Origin: Terriglobia bacterium
Lineage (GTDB): Bacteria > Acidobacteriota > Terriglobia > Terriglobales > Acidobacteriaceae
Length of the DNA: 64,000 nucleotides
Direction of reading: 5' to 3'
Assembly: GCA_963758275.1 (NCBI GenBank)
Contig: CAVWUW010000031.1
Location: 183,745 to 247,744 of the forward strand
Shown piece by piece: positions 11,901 through 21,100 of the stretch (its first letter is position 1; every line of letters begins with the position of its first letter). A program made the translations under genes and the position numbers. Below the pieces are notes generated by a model, which was given only the letters and a program-made list of their open reading frames with translations, ran no database searches and had not been told where the DNA came from.

Positions 11901-12502
11901 TCGGAGTTCCGACCGCCGGACAGAGCCTTCCCGATGGCGGATATCTCGCGGGTTGCTGCGTCAACCTGCTTGCATTCCGCACACACATGAACGCCGAGTT
12001 GAGCTTCCCGCAACTGGTGGTCATGTTGCGGCAGAAACTCGTGAAAGCTTATGAACATGAGGATTATCCGTTCAATCTCCTTTTGAAGCGCTTGCGAACC
12101 ATGCACCCGCAGCGGCCTGAGCCCGCCATTTCGGTGATTTTCAACCTCGACCGGGCGCAAACCAAGAAGAAGCGCGAAGACTTTGACCTGACCGTGATGA
12201 CCAATCACAATCAAACTTCAAAGTTCGATTTGACTGTGGATGTGACTGAAACGCAAGACTCTCTCATCATTGACTTCGAATATAAGAGCAATCTGTTTAC
12301 CAGTGAGCGGATCACCTGCTGGATGGGGCTGTTCGAGAAACTCATCCAGGAAATCAGCAAGCGCCCGGCCCAGACCATCCGCGACTACTTTGCTGTTTTA
12401 CAGGAAGAAGAAGCCCGCCAGAATGCTCTGGCTGCACAGGAACTCAATCGCCAGGAATACCAAAGGTTTGCAGCCAGCAGACGTAAAGTCGTTGCAAGCT
12501 AA
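8915..12502 (+). CDS. ACP - PLP-dependent class-III aminotransferase (AMT) domain - C domain protein
   Basis: ATG 8915 lies downstream of AAGGAG; the ORF track offers TTG 8894 as an alternative start. ACP motif is DLGGDSLFF (Ser 9062-9064), followed by a Q/S/P-rich linker. The GSA-aminotransferase-like core shows GFGALLFGH, FCNSGTEA, IFDEVVTGFR and TYGKALGGG (Lys codon 10517-10519). The C domain carries HHIISDGWS (11492-11512). Confidence 0.9.
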   Translation: MSSTASSRLQDPGRKQRITSALTQMLAKLFGKNAAELDVNASMIDLGGDSLFFLQASNAIRENFNIKIPFRLLLEELSTIDSLADHLDQKLTPDAVAGIAESSSSPIQVQSLAAELALSPVVPVAQEQVVSQRIKQSIVAQQMDAGSQATNANAEGDPIYQIFAQQLALMSQQIAILTGQPNTSAQHLRSPQPSLGSGVQPSLPLLALAQAQLSPVGAASSRDEVNLRSSSEIEPEVYVPYEAIQPEAAKSLTEQQRKYLAGLIERINRCTGESKRITQEYRKYHADNRTAAGFRMPWKEMFYPLVVERGQGSHIWDVDGNEYIDMTMGFGALLFGHSPKFIMDTLAKQLDLGIRLGPHSREAGEAAHLICEMTGVDRVAFCNSGTEAIMTALRLARTVTGRSKIALFEGCYHGTFDGILVKGERKPDGSLQAIPLAPGVPGHMIENVLMLKYDDPQSLEILRARAGELAAILIEPPRSRRPDVQPREFLLELRRISETSGAALIFDEVVTGFRFHPGGAQALFGIRADLVTYGKALGGGLPVAAVAGKSKFMDAVDGGMWQYGDGSYPESEITFSTGTYFKHPLIMPAVVAALKYIKESGFQLQESLNAKAKYAADELDAFFKAKAFPLRVAQIGSLFRLLHGPELRYMDLFYYHLLEKGIYVCETHNCLVSTAHSDSDMEVMIRAAKESLLEMREEGFLPATSLTSTGSPAHRANGTGPTGTSTPIRVPLTEAQRQIWAVSHMGEGDSRAYNLPLAVQWRGELDVPLLRKVINHVVERHEAFRATFSSDGDFQTISPTTIEVPLVDLSGLKPEEQQAQAEQWRTLDATRVFDFVSGPLLSLRLLKFKSDLHTLLITMHHIISDGWSLGMFINEMQQIYCAELGGTSLELAPPKSFAEYATHKAQQESQLANSEAERFWLTEFPNSIPPQRLPADALGQGESGILGTQKRLVMTSTAMTELKEISRRYSCTSFMVFLAVCKIFIYYLTKQEEVVIGVPTAGQSLPDGGYLAGCCVNLLAFRTHMNAELSFPQLVVMLRQKLVKAYEHEDYPFNLLLKRLRTMHPQRPEPAISVIFNLDRAQTKKKREDFDLTVMTNHNQTSKFDLTVDVTETQDSLIIDFEYKSNLFTSERITCWMGLFEKLIQEISKRPAQTIRDYFAVLQEEEARQNALAAQELNRQEYQRFAASRRKVVAS
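8960..9190 (+). other. ACP domain that completes the KS-AT module of the preceding protein
   Basis: LGGDSL carrier motif in a four-helix-sized segment at the N-terminus of the protein. Confidence 0.8.
9640..11010 (+). other. Aminotransferase (AMT) domain of the MycA/McyE type
   Basis: Class-III aminotransferase motifs with the putative PLP lysine in YGKALGGG. The domain sits between an ACP and a C domain. Confidence 0.8.
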
Positions 12503-12514
12503 GGAGCAATAATT

Positions 12515-13565
12515 ATGAGTCAGTCAGAAAGCGCCGTGCGGGTGCGTTCCCCGTTTACCGCCCGCCGCAAGTCTGTGGGCAGTTTTTCTGAATGGACCAG
12601 GAAGAGCTATCTCCAGTCAGAAGATGGCCCGGTAGTGATTGCGGCTGTTGATGGACCTTGACCTGATGGCGTGGACCCAGCAGAATACGTCGTCGCTTAA
12701 AGACATGATCGAAAAACATGGGGCTGTGCTGCTGCGTGGCTTTGCTGTGAAGACGGTTGAGGCCTTCCGCAACTTCGTGCTGGCGCTATCCCCCAACATG
12801 CTGGAATACAAGGAGCGTTCTTCGCCCCGTCATAAAGTCCAGGCGGACATTTACACTTCCACCGACTACCCCGCCCATCAACGCATTTTCTTTCACAATG
12901 AGAATTCATATCAGTTCATATGGCCGATGAAGATATGCTTTTTTTGTTCCCTGCCGGCAGAGCACGGCGGAGAAACGCCCATCGCCGATGTTCGGAGGGT
13001 TTATCGGCGGTTATCGCCTAAGACGATCCAACGCTTCGAAGAAAAGTGCTGCATGTACGTACGAAACTTTGATGAGGCCCTGGGTCTTTCCTGGCAGGAA
13101 GTATTTCAGACCAGCGACCGGCTTCAGGTGGACGGGTACTGTAAAGATAACGGCATTACCTGTGAGTGGAAAGAAAACAACGGATTGCGCACCCGCGCAA
13201 TCCGTCCAGCAGTTGCGGTTCATCCCAGGACCGGTGAACGGGTGTGGTTCAACCACGTTGCGTTTTTCCACATCTCCACCTTGGATGCGTCGATACGCGA
13301 CGGACTGCTGGCGGCCATGCCTGAATCCGACTTGCCTGCCAATAGCTATTACGGAGATGGCTCTTCCGTTGAAGAGGATGTGATCGAGGAAATTCGCTCC
13401 GCCTATCGTAGTGAATCCGTCAGCTTCCCCTGGCAAAAGGGTGACATCCTTGCTGTTGACAACATGCTTACCGCGCATTCCCGCAATCCGTTCGTGGGAG
13501 AAAGAAAAATCCTGGTCGGGATGGCCGAACCTTATTCACGCCGGCAAGACCTGGAAGCTCTCTGA
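12515..13565 (+). pseudogene. TauD/TfdA-family (SyrP-like) Fe(II)/2-oxoglutarate amino-acid beta-hydroxylase, with its frame broken by an apparent 1-nt insertion near 12656
   Basis: ATG 12515 has a strong SD (AAGGAG). It encodes MSQSES...SYLQSEDGPVVIAAVDGP and then stops at 12659. The +1 frame continues as (L)DLMAWTQQ...KHGAVLLRGF...YKERSSPR...IYTSTDYPA...FFHNENSY (His 12894, Glu 12900). That sequence is typical of the NRPS-associated TauD clade, including the N-terminal extension. Skipping the C at 12656 restores ...AAVDGLDLMAW.... The ORF track only reports 12639-13565. Confidence 0.8.
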
Positions 13566-13604
13566 GTCATTACTTATCCCTGCGGATCTTTTACCGGAGT
13601 TAGC

Positions 13605-16600
13605 TTGAATACCCAAGTAATGGGAGGTTATCGCCTCTCTCCTCAGCAACAGCATTTATGGCGGCTGCAGGAAACGCATCTGGATTATCCGCATTCCGTT
13701 TCTGCGGTCCTGATGTTTGAAGAGGTCCTGGACGCCGTCCGCATTCAACGGGCACTTGTCAAGGTAATTGACCGTCATGAGATCCTTCGCACGGTATTTC
13801 GTCCATTGGGAGCGCTTCAATTCCCGGTGCAAGTGATCCGTCCTGATGCTGACGTATGGCTTCCAGCGGCAGATTCAAGTGAAGGTGTCGAAGCGAGCGA
13901 CTGGTCTTTGCAATTAGACAAGATTTACCGCGACTTCCGTGGCCGTACCTGGGATGTGCAAAATGGGCCCTTGATTCAGGCGCGCATTGTGAGCTTGCCA
14001 GCTTCGAGACAGGCAGTCCTGATCAGGCTTTCCAAATTTTGCTCAGACAAAGCCGGTTTGCGTAACGTAATTCTCCAGATGCTCCAGATTTATAAGGGGA
14101 GCACCTTACACGGGCCAGAGCAGCCTCCCCAATACGCTGATGTTTCAGAATACCTCAATGAAGTGCTTGAATTAGAAGATACCGCCGTGGGACGGCAATT
14201 TTGGAACCGGTGGAGAGCTGAGCTGCTTCCACCGCTTCGGCTGGCTACTCATCCGGTCAGTGATGACGAGACAGATGAAGGCTGCTTGCGTTGGAATCTT
14301 GATTTCGAGACAGTGGCCAGGGTAGAAGAATTGGCTGCTCACACGGGAACGGCTGTCACGGACATTGTCATGGCAGGGTGGCAAGTTGTGCTTGCCCGTT
14401 CCTTGCGACAGGAAGAGTTCACTCTGGGAATCGTATGCAGCGGCAGACGACTAGAAGGTCTGGAGAACACTCCAGGATTATTTGAGAGGACACTCCCCTT
14501 ACCCTGCCGTATCACCCGCGAACAACCCTTCAAAGAACTCGTCCGGCACGTGGCCAGGAACACCGAGCAGCTCGCGCAGTGGCAGGATTACTTCAGTTAT
14601 GGGGCTATCGGCGAAAACACCACAGCGCCTATCGCTTTTGAATACTGTGCATTACCACCGCTGCCTGCAGATGATCTTACAATCGCGGCATTCACGATTG
14701 ATGAAAGTTTGTATCCGCATCAGCTCAAGCTGTCGTGCTTCTGGAATGTCAAATCACCCTTGCTTCAAATCTCATACCAACACGGTGCTTTGTCTGAGAG
14801 GGACGTCGCTGCGCTCGGCGACCAGTTGAGCGCTCTCCTGTTGAATGCGGCAGCATCTCCATCGGCCCCTGCCGGAAAACTCTCAACCCTCAGCCCCGCC
14901 GCAAAAGATTTCTTGTTGCACCAGCTGAATAGGACAGAGGTCATGTACTCAAGCGTGCCTTTTACCCACGCGCGCTTTGAATTGCAGGCGCGCCAGAGTC
15001 CAGCCCAGCCAGCCCTAGTTGCAGGCGAAATGACTCTCACGTATGGGGAACTTGATGAGAGGGCCACGCGCTTGGCTGATGTCCTCAAATCACGTGGCAT
15101 AGGGCCGGAGAGCGCCGTGGTTGTCTCTATGGAACGCTGCCCGGAGTTGCTCATTTCACTCTTGGGGATTCTGAAATCGGGAGGCTTTTATATTCCACTT
15201 GATCCGGGGTATCCAGCCGAGCGCCTCGCATTTGTGCTGCGGGACAGCAGGGCAGCGTTGGTGTTAAGCAAAGCGGAGTGGAATTCCCGGTTCGCAGCCA
15301 GTCAAGTACCAATTCTCAACCTTGATGATGACTGGATGCGGGAAGAAGTGAGCGGTAATACCAAAGCAAAGTTACATCCCCATAATCTGGCCTACACAAT
15401 TTATACATCCGGATCCACAGGCCAGCCAAAGGGCGTTGCCGTCAGCCATGCTGCGTTGGCGAACTATCTGAGCTGGTGCGAGCAAAAGTATGATTTGGCC
15501 AAAGGTCGCGGCGTAATTGTGCATTCACCCATAGGGTTCGATCTCACAGTTACAACCCTGCTCGCGCCGCTCTCGGCGGGACAAACGATCATTCTGGTTG
15601 AGGGGGAAGACCCAACGGAGGGCCTGGCCCGCTTGTTACGTAGGGATGCGCACTTGACGTTACTAAAAATTACGCCGGCACATTTACAGGCGCTCAGTCA
15701 GATGCTCGATCCGAAGGAACTTTCAGGGGCAGTGGATACCGTAATCATTGGCGGCGAGGCGCTTCTCAGTAATCATGTCGGAACCTGGCAAGTCGAATCG
15801 CCTCAAACGCGCCTGATCAACGAATATGGTCCCACTGAAACCACGGTGGGCTGCAGCATCTACGAGATGCCGCGGTCTTCTCTTACTAGCGGGCCGGTTC
15901 CAATCGGCAAACCCATCGCGAACGCGAAGCTCTATGTTTTCGATGCTGAAATGCAGCCTTTGCCAATCAAGTCTGTGGGTGAGTTGTATGTCGGTGGTGT
16001 CGGCCTGGCCAGGGGCTACCTCGGGCAGCCTGCCCTCACGGCAGAAAGATTTTTGCCGCATCCCTTCTCCACCAGCCCGGGTGGACGGTTATACAAGACC
16101 GGGGACATGGCCCAAGTCGATGCCGATGGCACGCTGCATTTTCTGGGGCGAGCAGACGATCAGATCAAGCTCCGCGGTTACCGCATCGAACTGGGAGAAA
16201 TCGAATACATTCTTCGGCAACATCCTGGCGTTCGTGAAGCGGCGGTCGTTCTCAAGGACTGCGGAGATCAAAAGCAGCTTGTCGCTTATGTTGCGCTCAC
16301 AAAGCCTGTTGCGGTCACAAAGCCCGGCCAACCTGCGATTGCCGGTCTGCAGAACTTCCTCCTGAATAAGTTGCCGGAATACATGGTCCCCACGCAGATG
16401 ATTGTGCTTGATCAGTTGCCTCTCACTTTTCACGGCAAGGTTGATAAGCGTTCTCTGCCAGGTCCCAACTTGCAGTCGAGCAACTTACAGCCCAAATATG
16501 TTGCTCCCCGCAACGCGAAGGAGCAAATACTGGCCGATCTCTGGGCCAGGGCCCTGGGCCTGGAGCGTGTAGGGGTTCGTGACAATTTCTTTGAACTCGG

Positions 16601-18185
16601 CGGGGATTCCATCATCAGCATTCAGATTGTTAATCGAGCAAAACAGCTGGGGCTAGCCTTTACACCCAGGCAGCTATTCCATCACCGGACCATTGCTGAG
16701 CTTGCAGAAGTCGTCAAGACTGATTCGGACGCCGCTCCCATTCCAGCAAAGGTGCTCCAGAGTGACGTAAAGCTCACGCCAATACAGAGATGGTTCTTTG
16801 AGCAGAACTTTGCTTGCCCACACCATTGGAACCAGGCAATGCTCTTCGAGGCGCACGAAGAGATTGACGCTGCGCTGCTGGGAAAGGCATTGAGCGCGGT
16901 GTTGGAGCAGCATGATGCGCTGCGACTGCGGTTTGGGGCGACGGGGAGCATAAGGCCTTCATTGGTGGCAGAAGCTGGTGTCCCACACATTACCGTGCTG
17001 AACTTGACGCGGGTCGCGGTGGAACAGCATTCAGAACTTCTGGAAAAGTTTGCCGCGGATATCCAATCTGGACTCGACCTGTTCCAAGGACCCGTGATGC
17101 GGGTTGGATTGGTGCGAATGCATGGTGCGCGTGATCGAATACTATGGGTGGTTCATCACCTCTCCGTTGATGTTGTGTCCTGGGGCATCCTGCTTGCAGA
17201 TCTTACCGCGGCTTACCGCCAACTCAAGCAGGGGGCGGCAGTTCATCTTCATCCCAGGACTTCTTCTTTCCAGGAATGGTCGCTAAGGCTGCATCAACAC
17301 GCAGATTCTGAAGATATAAGACGGGAAGCGCATTATTGGCTTTCACCAGCTCGCCGCAATTGCGCAAAGCTTCCTGTTGATTTCCCCAAGGGTCAGAATC
17401 TTGAATCGTCCGCGCAAATCCTGTGGTGTTCGCTGAACAGCCAGGAAACCAGCGGTCTCATGCAGCAGGTTCCCAGGGCACATCACACCATGATCAACGA
17501 CGTGCTGCTAACTGCCCTGATGCAATCGTTCTATAACTGGACTAATGAGAGAAGTCTTACCCTGGATCTTGAGAACCACGGCCGCGAAGAGCTGTTCGAG
17601 GACGTGGACCTTTCCCGAACCGTCGGCTGGTTCACCTGCATCTTCCCAGTCACACTGGGCTTAGCTTCCCCTTATGACTGCGTGCAAAATCTTCGGGCCG
17701 TAAAAGAGCAGATCAGATCGATTTCAAACGGTGGGGTTGGCTACGGCCTGCTGCGGCACATCACGAACGACCCCGAGGTTCACAATGCGCTACAGCAACT
17801 ACCGCAGCCTGAGATCAATTTCAATTATCTGGGGCGGTCAGGGCAGAAGATAGATGATAAGCCGTTATTCGCGAGCTGTGACGGTGTGCTGGGCCCCTCG
17901 CGCAATCCATGTGCCCACCGGGCCTATCTTTTGGAGGTTACTGGCGGTGTAAACCGCCAGGGGGAACTCCGAATGGCTTTCATTTACAGTCGAAACCTTC
18001 ATCGAGAAACCTCAATCCAGAAGCTGGCCGATGGTTTTGTGGAAGCCCTCCGCGAAATCGTGCGCAGCTCTTCCGACCAACCTGTCGTCCCCTCCCTGGT
18101 GGATCTCTCTATGACCCAGCTCAACAACAGGGACCTGAACCGTCTAGTTGAAGAACTGAGCAGGAGCGAAGAAACCGGTGAATAA
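13605..18185 (+). CDS. NRPS: degenerate C-like (interface-type) domain - A(Asn-like) - T - E
   Basis: The N-terminal C-family fold (YRLSPQQQHLWRL...) has SKFCSDKAG in place of HHxxxDG (14031-14057). A cores are AYTIYTSGSTGQPKG, YGPTE and HGKVDKR. The carrier motif FFELGGDSI (Ser 16608-16610) is the form usually seen before an E domain. The E-domain motif HHLSVDVVSW lies at 17154-17183. Confidence 0.93.
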   Translation: MNTQVMGGYRLSPQQQHLWRLQETHLDYPHSVSAVLMFEEVLDAVRIQRALVKVIDRHEILRTVFRPLGALQFPVQVIRPDADVWLPAADSSEGVEASDWSLQLDKIYRDFRGRTWDVQNGPLIQARIVSLPASRQAVLIRLSKFCSDKAGLRNVILQMLQIYKGSTLHGPEQPPQYADVSEYLNEVLELEDTAVGRQFWNRWRAELLPPLRLATHPVSDDETDEGCLRWNLDFETVARVEELAAHTGTAVTDIVMAGWQVVLARSLRQEEFTLGIVCSGRRLEGLENTPGLFERTLPLPCRITREQPFKELVRHVARNTEQLAQWQDYFSYGAIGENTTAPIAFEYCALPPLPADDLTIAAFTIDESLYPHQLKLSCFWNVKSPLLQISYQHGALSERDVAALGDQLSALLLNAAASPSAPAGKLSTLSPAAKDFLLHQLNRTEVMYSSVPFTHARFELQARQSPAQPALVAGEMTLTYGELDERATRLADVLKSRGIGPESAVVVSMERCPELLISLLGILKSGGFYIPLDPGYPAERLAFVLRDSRAALVLSKAEWNSRFAASQVPILNLDDDWMREEVSGNTKAKLHPHNLAYTIYTSGSTGQPKGVAVSHAALANYLSWCEQKYDLAKGRGVIVHSPIGFDLTVTTLLAPLSAGQTIILVEGEDPTEGLARLLRRDAHLTLLKITPAHLQALSQMLDPKELSGAVDTVIIGGEALLSNHVGTWQVESPQTRLINEYGPTETTVGCSIYEMPRSSLTSGPVPIGKPIANAKLYVFDAEMQPLPIKSVGELYVGGVGLARGYLGQPALTAERFLPHPFSTSPGGRLYKTGDMAQVDADGTLHFLGRADDQIKLRGYRIELGEIEYILRQHPGVREAAVVLKDCGDQKQLVAYVALTKPVAVTKPGQPAIAGLQNFLLNKLPEYMVPTQMIVLDQLPLTFHGKVDKRSLPGPNLQSSNLQPKYVAPRNAKEQILADLWARALGLERVGVRDNFFELGGDSIISIQIVNRAKQLGLAFTPRQLFHHRTIAELAEVVKTDSDAAPIPAKVLQSDVKLTPIQRWFFEQNFACPHHWNQAMLFEAHEEIDAALLGKALSAVLEQHDALRLRFGATGSIRPSLVAEAGVPHITVLNLTRVAVEQHSELLEKFAADIQSGLDLFQGPVMRVGLVRMHGARDRILWVVHHLSVDVVSWGILLADLTAAYRQLKQGAAVHLHPRTSSFQEWSLRLHQHADSEDIRREAHYWLSPARRNCAKLPVDFPKGQNLESSAQILWCSLNSQETSGLMQQVPRAHHTMINDVLLTALMQSFYNWTNERSLTLDLENHGREELFEDVDLSRTVGWFTCIFPVTLGLASPYDCVQNLRAVKEQIRSISNGGVGYGLLRHITNDPEVHNALQQLPQPEINFNYLGRSGQKIDDKPLFASCDGVLGPSRNPCAHRAYLLEVTGGVNRQGELRMAFIYSRNLHRETSIQKLADGFVEALREIVRSSSDQPVVPSLVDLSMTQLNNRDLNRLVEELSRSEETGE
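13620..14900 (+). other. C-family domain with a degenerate active-site motif (candidate interface domain)
   Basis: The length and N-terminal motifs are those of a condensation domain, but both catalytic His residues are absent (SKFCSDKAG). Confidence 0.7.
16750..18110 (+). other. Epimerisation domain
   Basis: Shows TPIQRWFFEQ, HHLSVDVVSW, and a preceding GGDSI carrier motif. The next protein starts with a DCL-like YPLVPLQRGLLF. Confidence 0.85.
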
Positions 18186-21100
18186 TTTGTGGAATGTTGA
18201 GGGGGTTTATCCCCTGGTTCCTCTCCAGAGAGGGCTGCTGTTTAACAGTCTCTATTCTCCGGGTTCGGGTGTCTATGGCCAGCAATTGCGGATGACCATT
18301 TCAGGTCCGCTTGATCCCGCAATAATGAGAAAGGCATGGGAAAAGATTATTGAGCGGCATTCCAGCCTGCGCACCTCCTTTATATGGGAGCGCCAGGAGG
18401 AGCCTGTCCAGGCGGTAAGGCGGCGCGTAAAGCTGCCCTGGCAGGAATTGGATTGGCGGCCGTTCAGTGGAACAGAACAGCGCGAGAAGCTGGAGGCTTT
18501 CCTGCGTGCAGACAGGGAAAAGGGCTTTGATTTCACCCGTGGCCCGCTGCTGCGAATTACATTGATACGAACTGGCGATCAAGCTTACGAACTGACGGCG
18601 ACCAGTCATCACATCATTCTCGACGGCTGGTCAAATTTCATTGTGGTCAAGGAGTTGATATCTCTTGTCAGGAGCCTCCATGAAGACAAGGAAAATGACG
18701 GATTGGCCGGACGGCCGCCAGCCTATCGAGATTACATACGGTGGGTTCAACAGCAGAATCCCGCCTTGGCCGAGTCTTTTTGGCGGAAGTCCCTCCAGGG
18801 CATCACTGAGCCGACCCTTATCCCAGGCATGCAGCCGGGCCATGTCCACGGTGACGCAACCCGGCAACGAAGCTGCGAGTTGCGGCTTGAACCTCAGGTA
18901 AGGGAACGATTGCAGGAGTTTGCCACAACCTGCGGTATCACGCTTACCACCGTGCTGGCCGGGGCCTGGGCTTTGCTCCTGGGTTGTTGCAACAATCGGG
19001 AAGATATAATTTTCGGGCTGACAGTCCACGGTCGTCCACTCTCCCTCCCCGGTGTGCAGGAGATGGTCGGGCTTTTCATCAACACCCTGCCTTTTCGAAC
19101 CGCCGTTAATCCCGAGTCGAATTTGTCCGACTGGCTGCAAGATTTCCAGTTCCACTTGCTGGAATTACAAGAGCACGCTTACAGCGACCTGGTCAAGGTG
19201 CATCAGTGGAGTGACATAGGTCCTGGACGGCCGTTGTTTGAAAGTATCTTCGTCTTTGACAATTACCCTAAGGAACGCGCCGCTTCAGCCGATACAAATA
19301 AATTCTTATTTCAGAATGTTCATTCCATTGACACCGGCAGCTTTCCCCTTGCCATTATTGCCGCTGCGGATGAAGATCTATGTCTTGGAATGACCTATGA
19401 CAGCGCCCGAATCGATGAGCTTTATGCAAAACGCCTTCTTTACCGCTACGGCGCAGTTTTAGAAAGAATCCAGAAGTCGCCTGTTCAGAAGCTGTGGGAG
19501 ATAACAGCGCTCTCTCACGCTGAATCTGCACAACTTGCAGGTGAGAACAATAAGACACATCGTGATTTCGGAAGGCCGATTTGCTTGCACCAGATGTTCG
19601 AAAGGCAATCCGCCGCGTCACCGGAAGCCATTGCGCTTACTTTGGGAGAGCAACAGTGGACCTATCGAGACGTGAACGAACGCGCCAACCGGCTTGCCCT
19701 CCACTTGCGCAGGAATGGGGTACGGCCCGAACATCGGGTGGGCGTTCACCTGGAATCTTCGGCAGACACAGTGCTGGCAATTCTGGCAGTTCTTAAAGCC
19801 GGCGGAGCGTACGTGCCACTGGATGCAGGATATCCGCAGGAAATCCTCAATCACATGGTTTCCGATGCCGGCGTGCAAATAGTTATTACTGAGAAAAAAC
19901 TTTCTGCAAACCTGCCCTCGGGAGTGGCCGGGCTCGTGGAACTCGGCACGGAGGAGAATGAAATTGACGTCGAGTCCGGCGACAACTCGAGCGCCGACGT
20001 CTCCCCTGCTAATCTGGCTTACGTAATCTACACCTCCGGATCTACGGGGTTACCCAAAGGCGTAGCTGTTACGCACCGCAATGCTTTCAGCGTCATTCAA
20101 TGGTTTATTCACGCCTTCTCCGTGAGCTCTTCAGACAGAATGCTGCTCGGGGTTTCGACTTCTTTCGATCCTTCAGTGGCTCAAATATTCTCGGCCTTGT
20201 GTTCTGGCGCAGAACTGGTGTGCATGAAACCCGCCCCTCATGATGCACCTTACATCCTGAGCATTATTGAAAAGAAACAAGTGACCGTGATGGATTTTCC
20301 GCCATCAGTGCTTTCTCTTCTGCTCAGCGACGCAAAGCCCGAACAGTTCAGGTCCGTGCGGCGTGTGTTGGCGGGTGGCGAGCCTACGCCGTCAAATCTG
20401 CTGTCAAGGCTCTTTTCAAAGCTTCCGGTTCCTTTCTCTAACCTTTACGGCCCTACAGAAACATGCATCAATGCCAGTTGCTGGACATGCACGGCAGATT
20501 CCTTTGCTCCGCCGGTTTCAATTGGCCGCACTATTGCGAATGCGAAGATCGGTTTGCTGGATCGGTGTCTTCAACCCGTGCCAGTTGGCGTTCAGGGTGA
20601 AATTTTCATTGGTGGCGACGGTGTGTCTCGCGGATATCTCAACCGCCCGGAACTGACTGCGGAGAAGTTCATACCCGATCCCTATTGCAGCACACGCGGA
20701 GGCCGTCTGTACCGAACTGGAGATTTGGCCCGTTACCTCGATGATGGGAATATCGAATTTCTCGGTCGTGTGGATTCTCAGGTCAAGATCCGCGGAGTGA
20801 GGATCGAATTGGGGCAAGTGGAGGCTGCGGCCAGAGAACATTCGGCTGTGCGTGAAGCTGCCATCGTGGTGCGAGAGAACCGCGACAATGAACCCCTGCT
20901 TGCAGCCTACGTATCTACTCGTCAACCACTTCTCGATCGTGAACTCAAAGCATTTCTCAAGACCAGGCTTGCTCAGCCCATGGTTCCGTCGATCATCATG
21001 TTTCTGGACCAGTTGCCCAGGCTGCCTAACGGCAAGGTCAACCAGAAGCTCCTGCCTGCCATCGATCTGGAATCCGGCGGCAAGACACAAAGGGCTCCGC

